A stretch of 64,000 nt of DNA from Candidatus Babeliales bacterium (GTDB lineage Bacteria; Babelota; Babeliae; Babelales; JBFXEV01), in the NCBI GenBank assembly GCA_050179755.1, contig JBFXEV010000001.1, forward strand, positions 9,994 through 73,993, given 5' to 3'. Below, piece by piece: positions 1 through 9,767 of the stretch; the first letter of the stretch is position 1; each line of letters begins with the position of its first letter. Position numbers and translations under genes: made by a program. Under the pieces are notes generated by a model, which had not been told where the DNA came from, did no database searches, and was given only the letters and a program-made list of their open reading frames with translations.

Positions 1-3000
1 CATTCTACAATTACTGAAAGTACTGGAGTTAAGTCACACGTTAATGTGCAATCAAAGTCAAGATTGGTGATTGTTGTATAAATATCACCAAGGATATTCC
101 AAGTAACTCTAAAGTTGCTTTGTGTTTGCTCGCAGCAATCTGCAATTGCCGTAAGAACCGGCGTTAAATCACAATCTAAGCTGCATGTTAGTTTAAGGTT
201 ATTAATAAGTGACTGTGTTTCTTCACAACACTCAATAATGATCGACCATGTATGCTCAAAATTACTTTGTGTTTGTTCACAGCATTCTACAATTGCTGAA
301 AGCACTGGAGTTAAGTCACAATCTAAGCTACATGTTAGTTTAAGATTATTAATAAGTGACTGTGTTTCTTCACAACACTCAATAATGATCGACCATGTAT
401 GCTCAAAATTACTTTGTGTTTGTTCACAGCATTCTACAATTGCTGAAAGCACTGGAGTTAAGTCACAATCTAAGCTACATGTTAGTTTAAGATTATTAAT
501 AAGTGACTGTGTTTCTTCACAACACTCAATAATGATCGACCATGTATGCTCAAAATTACTTTGTGTTTGTTCACAGCATTCTACAATTGCTGAAAGCACT
601 GGAGTTAAATCACAATCTAAGCTGCATGTTAGTTTAAGGTTATTAATAAGTGATTGTGTTTCTTCACAACACTCAATAATGAGCGACCATGTATGCTCAA
701 AATTGCTTTGTGTTTGTTCACAGCAGTCATCAACAAGACAGAAAATAGCTTCTAGACCATCTGCTACGGTGCAGAATGTGGTGCATGTAGGATTAAACGC
801 TCTTACTGGACCACACCCGCTATCTGGGCAACATGCAAACTCGCCTAATTTACAGTTAATTTCAAACAATAGTGAGTGCGTTTGTTGACAACATTCTTCA
901 ATTGCTGAAAGTACTGGAGTCAAGTCACACGATAATGTGCAATCACAGTTCAAATGTTCAATTAATGACCACGTGAATTCAAAGTTACTTTGTGTTTGCT
1001 CACAACACTCAATAATAAGTGATTGAGTTTCTCTGCAACACTCTATAATTAACGATTGTGTTTCTTTGCAGCATTCTAGAATGATTGTTTGTGTATCATA
1101 GATATCATCTGCAAGGTCATCACAACATTCGGTAATTGTTTCTTTAAGATCTCTCACTACGCAACACAATATTGTTTGCGTATCAAATATATCATCTGCA
1201 AGATCATCACAACATTGCGTTACTGTTTCAATAAGTTCATTGAGTAAGCTAAGCGTTTGTTCACAACATGCAGTTAATGTTTGCTTGATATCAGCAAGGA
1301 TTGACCACGTGATTTCAAAGTCTCTTTCAAGTGTGGTAAGCACATCAGTTAGATCACACTGCAAGCTACAGCTCACATTTAAGTGCTCAATAAGTGACCA
1401 GGTAAATTCAAAGTTACTTTGTGTTTGCTCACAACATTCAGTAATTAGCGATTGTGTTTGCTCACAACATGCTTCAATGCGTGACTGTGTTTGCTCACAA
1501 CATGCTTCAATGAGGGACCATGTGCGTATAAAGTTACTTCCTGTTGAATCACAACATTGAGTTACTTGGCAGAAGATTTCAGATAATCCGTCTGAAACAT
1601 TATCAAACTTTGGACATCTTTCATCATTACAATCACAATCAACACACTCGCAATTATCACATTGACATGATGCATTATCGCAATCATTACAATCTTTGAA
1701 ATCACCAAGTTTGCACTCTAAGAGGCATTCTAGGTCATTCACTTTTTGCACTAATACGTCACAGCATGTGCCAGTAACCGTGCCACCACAGCTAATGCTT
1801 CTAATTAAATCAGCTAAGAAAGCAGTGTCTTCAAATTGTTTACAATAAACTAAATTTAAAGCTTCAAAGAGTGAAAGCGTATTAGGCTCCCAAACACAAT
1901 CTTCTTGAGCCCTATTTCTAAGCACAGATGATCCACAAGTAAAACCATCTAGTTTACAAATAATGATACTTGTAGATTGAAGAATTTCATTGTTTACGGT
2001 GGTATTATCATTAAGAAGTGACCAGGTAATTACAAAGTTCTCATCAACATGCGCAGTTTGATCTGCTATTGCATCTAATATTTGATTACAGCACACTGAG
2101 CCTGTTTGAATACTGGCAATAAGTGACCTTGTTAAATCAAACTCATTTTCAATAAGTACTGTTTGTTCATCAATTGCATTAAGTATTTCATCACAGCATA
2201 CTGAGCCTGTTTGAATCGCTGTAATCAATGACCACGTAGTTTCAAAGTTATCTTGAATTGTTGCACAACACGCAGAAAGTGATGCTGCAAGTTCATCTGC
2301 GCGTTCATTAATAAGCTCTTCTTGCTCATCAAATTGCTCATCAAGATGTGCCGTTTGCTGTGCAATTGCATCAAGTATTTGATTGCAGCATGCTGAACCA
2401 GTTTGAATATTTTCAATCAAACTCCAGGTAATTTCAAAGTCTTCTCGTACACTTTGCTCTAATGCATCAATTGCATCTGTTAGTTCTTCACAACAGGCAC
2501 TCACTGTTGCTTCAATCTCAAATTGCTTGCAATAAATTAAGCGATCTGCTTCATGTTCATTTGGAAATCTATAATCTGGATTACACGGATCCGTGATTGC
2601 TCGAACTTGGTCTGCTGTAAGACAATCGGTATAAGGACCTTGTTTTGCAAGAATACAATCTAATTTTGCAATAGTTTCTGCACAGCAATTTGATTGAGTT
2701 ACAACTGCATCTAAAATATCTTTAAGCGCTTGAGAAATGCTGGTATCTGGCCCAAGGATTTCACATGCATCCCCAAGTATGCCTAACACTGAATCATCAC
2801 AAACAGCATCTTCTACAGTACCAATACGTTTTTTAATAATCAACAATAATTTAATAATTTGGCATATGCCTGCCGCAACTGAATCACAGCCATCATCTCT
2901 AAATGTTTCAAGAATAGGCCCTACCGGAGCTCCTGGAGCAAACGGATCTGATGGTCTTGGAGCTTTTGCTTGAGGGCGGTTAGTACGCATAGTATTTGCG

Positions 3001-3344
3001 TTAACCATGTCCTCATGCTTTGCAATCGCATAGCTCAGTAACTCAGGCATTGCTTCCATAACGTCTGCAACCAACACCGTTGTATGTCCGTTTACAATTC
3101 TTTCATAACAACGCATCAAAGCTTGCGACGGCATAGCATCACAATCCATCGATGCAGCTTTTTGCACCATTTCTATTATTAATCTATCAAGACCAGCTTC
3201 TTGCGACTCCATATATTCAAGCTGCATCTTACTATCACGCATTGACCTTTCAACAGCCAGCACGGTTGGTGCTACGCTATTGAACACCATACAGGCAAAT
3301 AAGCATTTGCCTAGTGTGCGTTTGAACCTTTTAATCACTTTCAT
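1..3344 (-). CDS. Giant secreted Cys-rich coiled-coil repeat protein, 3' end beyond the window (>=1114 aa); absent from the ORF track
   Basis: ATG at 3344 preceded by GAGGAG. Manual translation gives MKVIKRFKRTLGKCLFACMVFNSVAPTVLA (signal-peptide-like), then CC-doublet repeats such as ECCEQTQSNFEHTWSLII and IECCEETQSLI. The same frame still reads ...CDLTPVLSVIVE at base 3, with no stop found. Confidence 0.9.
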   Translation of the reverse strand, partial: MKVIKRFKRTLGKCLFACMVFNSVAPTVLAVERSMRDSKMQLEYMESQEAGLDRLIIEMVQKAASMDCDAMPSQALMRCYERIVNGHTTVLVADVMEAMPELLSYAIAKHEDMVNANTMRTNRPQAKAPRPSDPFAPGAPVGPILETFRDDGCDSVAAGICQIIKLLLIIKKRIGTVEDAVCDDSVLGILGDACEILGPDTSISQALKDILDAVVTQSNCCAETIAKLDCILAKQGPYTDCLTADQVRAITDPCNPDYRFPNEHEADRLIYCKQFEIEATVSACCEELTDAIDALEQSVREDFEITWSLIENIQTGSACCNQILDAIAQQTAHLDEQFDEQEELINERADELAASLSACCATIQDNFETTWSLITAIQTGSVCCDEILNAIDEQTVLIENEFDLTRSLIASIQTGSVCCNQILDAIADQTAHVDENFVITWSLLNDNTTVNNEILQSTSIIICKLDGFTCGSSVLRNRAQEDCVWEPNTLSLFEALNLVYCKQFEDTAFLADLIRSISCGGTVTGTCCDVLVQKVNDLECLLECKLGDFKDCNDCDNASCQCDNCECVDCDCNDERCPKFDNVSDGLSEIFCQVTQCCDSTGSNFIRTWSLIEACCEQTQSRIEACCEQTQSLITECCEQTQSNFEFTWSLIEHLNVSCSLQCDLTDVLTTLERDFEITWSILADIKQTLTACCEQTLSLLNELIETVTQCCDDLADDIFDTQTILCCVVRDLKETITECCDDLADDIYDTQTIILECCKETQSLIIECCRETQSLIIECCEQTQSNFEFTWSLIEHLNCDCTLSCDLTPVLSAIEECCQQTHSLLFEINCKLGEFACCPDSGCGPVRAFNPTCTTFCTVADGLEAIFCLVDDCCEQTQSNFEHTWSLIIECCEETQSLINNLKLTCSLDCDLTPVLSAIVECCEQTQSNFEHTWSIIIECCEETQSLINNLKLTCSLDCDLTPVLSAIVECCEQTQSNFEHTWSIIIECCEETQSLINNLKLTCSLDCDLTPVLSAIVECCEQTQSNFEHTWSIIIECCEETQSLINNLKLTCSLDCDLTPVLTAIADCCEQTQSNFRVTWNILGDIYTTITNLDFDCTLTCDLTPVLSVIVE
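111..724. repeat. Intragenic tandem repeat, 147-bp unit (49 aa), about 4 near-identical copies
   Basis: caaaatt(a/g)ctttgtg recurs at 257, 404, 551 and 698, with a degenerate copy at about 110. The minus-strand unit is ECCEQTQSNFEHTWSIIIECCEETQSLINNLKLTCSLDCDLTPVLSAIV. Confidence 0.95.
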
Positions 3345-3402
3345 ACAGTCTCCTCTTTGGGCTACCACTACATTAAACAACCACAACCAACTACCTTTAT
3401 AG

Positions 3403-3432
3403 TTGAAAGGCTACAATCCTTGTAGCCTTCAA
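3403..3432. other. Intergenic stem-loop between the barrel gene and the Cys-rich gene
   Basis: ttgaaaggctacaa-tcc-ttgtagccttcaa inverted repeat. It has no strong U tract, so it may be an mRNA-processing or stabilising hairpin, or a weak terminator. Confidence 0.5.
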
Positions 3433-3444
3433 TCATATAATCCT

Positions 3445-5238
3445 TTAAAAGAACATGCCAAAGCCAAGATACCAATCACTGTCGCGTTGGATATTCTTAC
3501 CAGCAAACGTATGCAACCAACCTCCAAATATTTCCCAACTACATGTTTTGTGGAACAATTCTACTTTAATGCGATGACCATGACGATTTGTATCATTTTC
3601 CAGAACGTCAGGATCAAGCGTTGCTGTTTGACCAATCAGGTTTAAAGCAGTTATTTGCTCAAAACGTATTTTATCTTTTGATTTAAAATATGGCTGATAC
3701 CCAATATCAACTCCAGAACAATTTTTCGCACACGGTACCACAAACGTAAAGTCAAAGTTACCAAGGAAATAATTCCATGATACTTTTGCATCCACTGTAG
3801 GGCCTATGTTACGAATTCTAGAACCCGTAAATGCAGCAGCAACTCGTTCTGTACGGCTAAACACGTGATAGAACTGAACATCACCTTTAAATGCAAACCA
3901 ATCACATGGCTGCGTTCCCATTTGCACGCCAAGTTTCCATTCAAAGTGACGGTTATTGCCAAGAGGTTGTTGCAATAGAAGACCAGGGTTACTTACTCGT
4001 TTGCCTGTTGGGAACCGAATACCAGTAATACCTTCAACATACCAATCACCATGGCATTCGCTGCAGAAATTTCTACGTGCATAGAAATCTAAATCAAAAT
4101 CACCCGCACCTGTTAAATGCACCGTATTAAATGTAATACCGCGCTCGCGCAAGAAATCAATTGGTGTAACAAGTGTTTGCGCAATTTGGCTAATTTCATC
4201 TTCAATCCAAGGAGTTACAGCACCACGAATATCTGCCGCAATAACTGAAATATCGCCATCATCATCTACTGTTGGAACGACCCATAATGTACGTTGATTA
4301 TCTCTATTAAATGCTAGATCTCCATAATCAGTAGCTGCATTAAAGCGAGCCCTCTGACCTACAGCCAATTCACCATTACCTGGTAAAAATGGCAATTGGT
4401 TAACTTGTTGTTGCGTCATAGAAAATGGTAACGCAGGCGTTTGACCAAATTCTACGGCAACCACATATACGGGATTGTTTTGCAAATCGTCAATTACTTT
4501 ATCATTAATTGCAACGTGCTCTGTTATAGGCCGACCATTTAAACCCGCTTTTGGATAATCAAAGCGCACCATCGCATCGTTAGGGCCCTCAGGATTAACA
4601 ACTTGCGCAAGTGCAGTAAGACAATCTAATCGATAGGCAAAAGAGAGCGGCACTGTATCAAAACCCAGCACAGGCGCAGTAGTCGTTATAATACGCTCAG
4701 CTGCTGGGTTATTAATCAAACACCTATCAACTGGATTAATCAGAGTACTCGTCGTAACTGATTCAAGAAGATCGCAACAATTTTCAAGCGAAACCGTTTG
4801 TGTAATAAATGGAATATTTGTACGAATACCCACATCCCACGTGCCGCAACACATACGGTGATTAATATTAAAACCAAACATTGCACCACTTGCATCGTAA
4901 TTAAAACGTGGTGAAAGCACAATGCTAAACTCTGCTGGCAACGGCGTACCTACCGGAAACAATTCGCTCAAAGCAAAATTGTCAGCGCCAAAATATAACC
5001 CTGCAAGGGTTTCTCTGTTTGTTCCACTGCTCAAAGCATCGGAGGCTTGTCTATGAAATGCACCAGCCCATACATCAAAATCCCAGCATTTATCTAAGTT
5101 CTCACATATATAGGGATAATGCTCAAAGCGTTGAAATCCATTTCTAAATGGAAGAGGAGCACGCATTTCACGCGCGCTCACCGATAGAATTTGAATCAAT
5201 GCCATTATGGCAATCAGACTCAGTATTTGTTTCTTCAT
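3445..5238 (-). CDS. Putative outer-membrane beta-barrel protein (Cys-containing)
   Basis: Signal peptide MKKQILSLIAIMALIQILSVSA (ATG 5238 with an AAGGA SD; the track starts at 5244). Alternating amphipathic strands and a C-terminal BAM-type signature WYLGFGMFF. Confidence 0.7.
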   Translation of the reverse strand: MKKQILSLIAIMALIQILSVSAREMRAPLPFRNGFQRFEHYPYICENLDKCWDFDVWAGAFHRQASDALSSGTNRETLAGLYFGADNFALSELFPVGTPLPAEFSIVLSPRFNYDASGAMFGFNINHRMCCGTWDVGIRTNIPFITQTVSLENCCDLLESVTTSTLINPVDRCLINNPAAERIITTTAPVLGFDTVPLSFAYRLDCLTALAQVVNPEGPNDAMVRFDYPKAGLNGRPITEHVAINDKVIDDLQNNPVYVVAVEFGQTPALPFSMTQQQVNQLPFLPGNGELAVGQRARFNAATDYGDLAFNRDNQRTLWVVPTVDDDGDISVIAADIRGAVTPWIEDEISQIAQTLVTPIDFLRERGITFNTVHLTGAGDFDLDFYARRNFCSECHGDWYVEGITGIRFPTGKRVSNPGLLLQQPLGNNRHFEWKLGVQMGTQPCDWFAFKGDVQFYHVFSRTERVAAAFTGSRIRNIGPTVDAKVSWNYFLGNFDFTFVVPCAKNCSGVDIGYQPYFKSKDKIRFEQITALNLIGQTATLDPDVLENDTNRHGHRIKVELFHKTCSWEIFGGWLHTFAGKNIQRDSDWYLGFGMFF

Positions 5239-5294
5239 ATGCATCCTTTAAATTTTACTTCCTACAAACCTACTACCCAAAAAGGGGGGTGCGG

Positions 5295-8200
5295 CTAAGC
5301 CACACCCATTATTTCTATCGCACTTATAACTTGGCCAGTGCTATCAGTAACAGCTATATTAACTGCTCCCCTACGCACTGAACGATCATAATCAGTATCA
5401 ATACCACTCGTATTGATTATAAGTTCGCGTAGTTGTCTATTAATTACTGTATTACTAGTCACAAAACCAAGTGTAGGTATAGTAACTCGATTAAGAGCAA
5501 TGGTAGATTTAGGAGCCAAATATGCATCATATGTTTGAACTCTTAAATATTGATACATAGTAGATGGCGTAAAGCCAGCAGCAGTTTGAGATCCGTTCTG
5601 CGGAGGCGTTATATTTAAGAATGCATCAGTAACTGCCCCATCTCTTAATAGATCTTTAGAAGCAAACAAGCCTACCAGTGAATTGCCTGTAATTGAACGC
5701 CCAGTCGTATTTTCTACAATAATAGGGAATGTTGCAAGTTGACATCCATCAACAAGTGCAAGATTACCACCACCTCTAATGATTGAGTTATTCACATTAA
5801 AGCTAAATCCATAGCTTTGCGCAGGCCCAAAAGCCATCAAGGAAGCAAGCGAATTATCTCCACTAAATATTTGATTATGAGTAAATGTTCCTTGAGGAAT
5901 ACTTATTGAGACGTTACCCACATTGCTCAAACATTGATACGTATATTCATTTGGCACGTTACCAAATACCGATACACCACCAATACCAAATAACACGAGG
6001 CCTTGACGTCTAATTTGGAATTCAGCACCAACGCCAGCAATAACCAAACTAAAGTTAATAGTAGCATCTTCAATATCTGCACGATTACCAACTTGGAACG
6101 TACCACCAAGATCATTAATATCGCCAACATTAAATGTAGCTTGGTCAGTAAGTGTCCATACAATATCAGTAAAGTTAGTACATTCAGGATCAGTCTCTAT
6201 TCCCAAGAACGTATCATTTGGTAACAATAAACTTGAACCTTCATTCATAGTCACTGCACCATTACCAATGAATTTAACCAAACGATCTTCTATAGCACCT
6301 GGTACCAAGTTTTGTAAGATATCAGTATCAAACACACGTTCAAAATTAATTGACATGGTATCAGTGAAACGCACATACGTACGATTATCTACAAATGGCT
6401 CTATTCCATTTGGCACACTTGAAAGAAGCAACTTAGCACCTGGCTCAAATACCAAACGCATGTTACCGCCAAATTCAACCACCTGATTTGGTCCTCTAAA
6501 TTCAGAAAGATCAAGCACGCCATTTGATTTAATGCGGAATTCTTTTGCGTCATCTGAGAAGAATACTAATGTTTGTGTCCCATCCGCACCAAAGTCTGGC
6601 CCCGGCATAATATGGCATACGTTATCAATAATAATATCTTCATTTAATTCAACAACACCATCACCTTTTGCAATAACGGTAATACCATTAATACCAAGTT
6701 TAATATTAGCATCGTTTGAATCATAATTACGTTTTGCAGAACCAAGCCCCACGCGGCCCCAATTATCTAAAACAATAGTTCCCATTGCAGCTTCTGCTGA
6801 ATTGAATCCGTTTAAGAATACAAGCTCGCGCACAAAACCACCTGGTCCTGCTTCAGATGAACCTATTTGAAGCGTAATTTGATCACCAAGGCGTGAACGT
6901 TTGACTTGCAATTGATCTACGGTGCCAAGTATTGTTGGTACAAGTGTTAAGTTCGCTTCAGTTACCGGCGGCACACGGCATGCAAGCGGCGTCATTTTAG
7001 GATCATATGGCACAAATGCTGTGCAGTCAGTTATAACTTGCATCCAATCTATGGTAAAGTCAGAGAAAAGCTCTCCCTGTTTTACTAATATATTGTCAAC
7101 CGTCATAGTTGGTCGCCAATCAGTTACACCAACTCGAGAATCAAAGAATATTTCTGTCTCAGGTAAAATAACTTGGCCGTTGCCACTGCGCACTACCATG
7201 GTAGAAATGTTGGCACGATTACGGTCTGCATTTTCAAACACACCGTTAGTATCCACAAAAATAGCACCTTGACCAAGAGTTCCTGTTAATTCTGGTAAGT
7301 GTGCCGAACCGCCATGTGTTTCAAACGAGAAGAACGCACCATCTATAATGACTGTTGGTTCAGTTGCCGGTGTAAATGGCGGAAGCCCAGGAGCAGTACC
7401 TATAGAAATATTGCTTTCATTTCCTAAGAAAATAGTTTGAATTGAGTTTTGATCGACAGGCGCCGTTGCCGTTACAGATACCGTAAAGCACGGATCGTTT
7501 GGTGCTGTATCAAGGCGCAACACGTGTGGTGTTGGTGCAAATTGATTTGATGTTTGGAACACATCTAAATGCGAGTTGTGATCAACAACTTGACCACCTC
7601 TGCATGAACGATCGCCATGATCAGTTCCTAATATTACAATACGGCCATTACCACGATCTACACAGAATCCGTTACTATAGAAGCGTAAGAAGCTTTCATT
7701 TCCTACATCAGGAGCTTCAAAGAAATTTGGCACTTGAATATCAACGCCCGTAAATCCTGCACTTTCATGGAATCGAATAATTGAGTTATACAGCGCAATA
7801 GTTGGGCGAGGCGCATCAGTTTTACATGCAACATGGAATTCACCACCAATATAGGTAGGCTCTGAGAATATGCGCGGATCACCTCTATCCAGATCATCAC
7901 GCTCAAGCACATGGTGGTTGTCATCAGTATGTACTAATGATGCATTACGAATTTCAAATCTATTATTAATTAAGAATACTGCTTTATTATAACGCAAGAA
8001 CTCGCCTTCAAAGTTCGTATTATGCGTAAGTGCGGGGAATACTAAATTCTCAGGGCATGAAGTTTCTGCAGCAATAATTACTGGGCAACCAGCATTTACT
8101 ACTTCATCAGATAATATGCGGATAGCATTACTGTTGGCAGAATCACCGTTAACAACTAAAATTCCTTCTACATCTAATACCACGTTGCCAGCACCACAAG

Positions 8201-9632
8201 CCGCAAGCACATCAAAACTGCCTAACGGATTTATAATAAAGCCTCCAGCTTCATTCACTTCACCACAACGATCAACCCCAGATCTAAAATAAAGGCCAGA
8301 ACAACCGAGCATGTTAATTTGTGCATGCACACAATCAGCTGGGTTTAAACAACTTGCATGATTTACACCATCCACAAAAAATGCTGAGGCGTTACGCGTT
8401 TTTACTAAGCATCCTGCCGCTCGTGTAAATTGCACGCAATCACAACCACCATCAGTATTGCTGCAGACGTTGCATATTGGAATATTAAGATCAAGTGATG
8501 CAATGAGTTCATCAATATCATAATCTTCATCATTAATATCCACCAAGCACGATGCTCGTGTTGCTGCTTTTTCTTGAGATCTCACTGGTATGAGCGTGCA
8601 AGTAGACACACAGCCACAATCAAGTTCACTTCCAAGGCACGTATTAATTGCCGCGCCAACGTAATCTAGATAACTCAAATTATCAATAGTTAAAATACCG
8701 TTAGCACCTAATACAAAACCAGTCAGATGGCCGGTGAATGAACCATCGCAGAATGGTTCTGCACGTAAATGTGGAAATACTGTATTCAAATTAATTACTT
8801 GCAAGTTGGCAACAAAATCATCCAAGTCACTTCCACTATTAAAGATAGTAAAGAGCGCCGAGCGACCACCAAGTGATGCAAAATCAACATCTTCATTGCT
8901 GAATTCGCCATTGGCATTGATATTTGCAAAATGTCCAGAAATATCAATGCCTGCTGCATCTAGCACACGTAGTTTCATAGAACCTGCGGGCACTGCATTT
9001 GCTGGACTAAACTGAAGAGAGCCTATAGCTAAATTATTATTAGGATCATTTGCATTTGCAAGATAGGTCATGAGCGAATCTCTACCTACCAGAACTTCCA
9101 CATGCTCGGCAGAACTATCATCTGCACGTGTGAATGTTACTGTGGAACCTTGCGTAGAATTATTCATCACTACAAAGAAATTTGTTCCTGCAGTTTGAGA
9201 TAATTCATCAGAGGCAAAAGCAACGCGATGACCGTTACCTAAAATAAATACTAATTGACCTTCACCTGAAAAGCTAATAAGTAATCGTGTTATTTTATCA
9301 GTAGAACCAAGAAAAGTAAGATCAGCACTTGTTAAATCAAAAAAGACCGTTTGGCCTGCTGCTGCAGAAATAAAAATCTGCCCTGGCTTGGGGCTATTTG
9401 AGCTCATAACGCTGGCATTAGAAAGCACTGTTGCCGTTACATTACGAGTAACAGCCGCAACATGTACTGGCCCTATTGCTACGTTGGCACCAGAAATAGT
9501 AAAATCATTATCTATATTATCAGTAATCGTCCCACCATTCCAATTACCAGCTTGTAATTGTACTATGCAGGTGAGTATACCTCCGAAAATAATACAACGC
9601 ATTATATTGGAAGGAATTAAAAAGCTTCTCAT
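5295..9632 (-). CDS. Large secreted beta-rich (beta-solenoid/adhesin-like) protein, 1445 aa
   Basis: N-terminal signal peptide, G/N/V/I/F/T-rich beta-strand pattern and a Cys-rich insert near aa 330-480. No enzyme motif recognised. Confidence 0.6.
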   Translation of the reverse strand: MRSFLIPSNIMRCIIFGGILTCIVQLQAGNWNGGTITDNIDNDFTISGANVAIGPVHVAAVTRNVTATVLSNASVMSSNSPKPGQIFISAAAGQTVFFDLTSADLTFLGSTDKITRLLISFSGEGQLVFILGNGHRVAFASDELSQTAGTNFFVVMNNSTQGSTVTFTRADDSSAEHVEVLVGRDSLMTYLANANDPNNNLAIGSLQFSPANAVPAGSMKLRVLDAAGIDISGHFANINANGEFSNEDVDFASLGGRSALFTIFNSGSDLDDFVANLQVINLNTVFPHLRAEPFCDGSFTGHLTGFVLGANGILTIDNLSYLDYVGAAINTCLGSELDCGCVSTCTLIPVRSQEKAATRASCLVDINDEDYDIDELIASLDLNIPICNVCSNTDGGCDCVQFTRAAGCLVKTRNASAFFVDGVNHASCLNPADCVHAQINMLGCSGLYFRSGVDRCGEVNEAGGFIINPLGSFDVLAACGAGNVVLDVEGILVVNGDSANSNAIRILSDEVVNAGCPVIIAAETSCPENLVFPALTHNTNFEGEFLRYNKAVFLINNRFEIRNASLVHTDDNHHVLERDDLDRGDPRIFSEPTYIGGEFHVACKTDAPRPTIALYNSIIRFHESAGFTGVDIQVPNFFEAPDVGNESFLRFYSNGFCVDRGNGRIVILGTDHGDRSCRGGQVVDHNSHLDVFQTSNQFAPTPHVLRLDTAPNDPCFTVSVTATAPVDQNSIQTIFLGNESNISIGTAPGLPPFTPATEPTVIIDGAFFSFETHGGSAHLPELTGTLGQGAIFVDTNGVFENADRNRANISTMVVRSGNGQVILPETEIFFDSRVGVTDWRPTMTVDNILVKQGELFSDFTIDWMQVITDCTAFVPYDPKMTPLACRVPPVTEANLTLVPTILGTVDQLQVKRSRLGDQITLQIGSSEAGPGGFVRELVFLNGFNSAEAAMGTIVLDNWGRVGLGSAKRNYDSNDANIKLGINGITVIAKGDGVVELNEDIIIDNVCHIMPGPDFGADGTQTLVFFSDDAKEFRIKSNGVLDLSEFRGPNQVVEFGGNMRLVFEPGAKLLLSSVPNGIEPFVDNRTYVRFTDTMSINFERVFDTDILQNLVPGAIEDRLVKFIGNGAVTMNEGSSLLLPNDTFLGIETDPECTNFTDIVWTLTDQATFNVGDINDLGGTFQVGNRADIEDATINFSLVIAGVGAEFQIRRQGLVLFGIGGVSVFGNVPNEYTYQCLSNVGNVSISIPQGTFTHNQIFSGDNSLASLMAFGPAQSYGFSFNVNNSIIRGGGNLALVDGCQLATFPIIVENTTGRSITGNSLVGLFASKDLLRDGAVTDAFLNITPPQNGSQTAAGFTPSTMYQYLRVQTYDAYLAPKSTIALNRVTIPTLGFVTSNTVINRQLRELIINTSGIDTDYDRSVRRGAVNIAVTDSTGQVISAIEIMGVA

Positions 9633-9767
9633 ACACCATCCCTTTTTTTAAACAACACCGCTACCACATTTTTTTTACAGCCTTCTTCATTTTTTTTGAG
9701 ACTGCTCAATACACTCTAATGATTATATTATCTTAACATCTTTGTCAAGAATTTTAAAAAAAAATTT

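Noticed and set aside
111..724. Possible CRISPR array
   Set aside because: The units are contiguous 147-bp in-frame coding repeats with no unique spacers, and no cas genes are present.
115..888. Plus-strand 257-aa repetitive ORF (also 1240..1560)
   Set aside because: Antisense shadow of the minus-strand Cys-rich repeat gene, which has an SD, a signal peptide and a continuous frame.
5295..9632. Classical autotransporter (type Va)
   Set aside because: The C-terminus (ISAIEIMGVA) lacks a terminal aromatic residue and a recognisable barrel pattern.
3361..9667. Shared 8-mer GCTACCAC upstream of the 3344 and 9632 starts
   Set aside because: Only two short copies at different distances from the starts; chance cannot be excluded.
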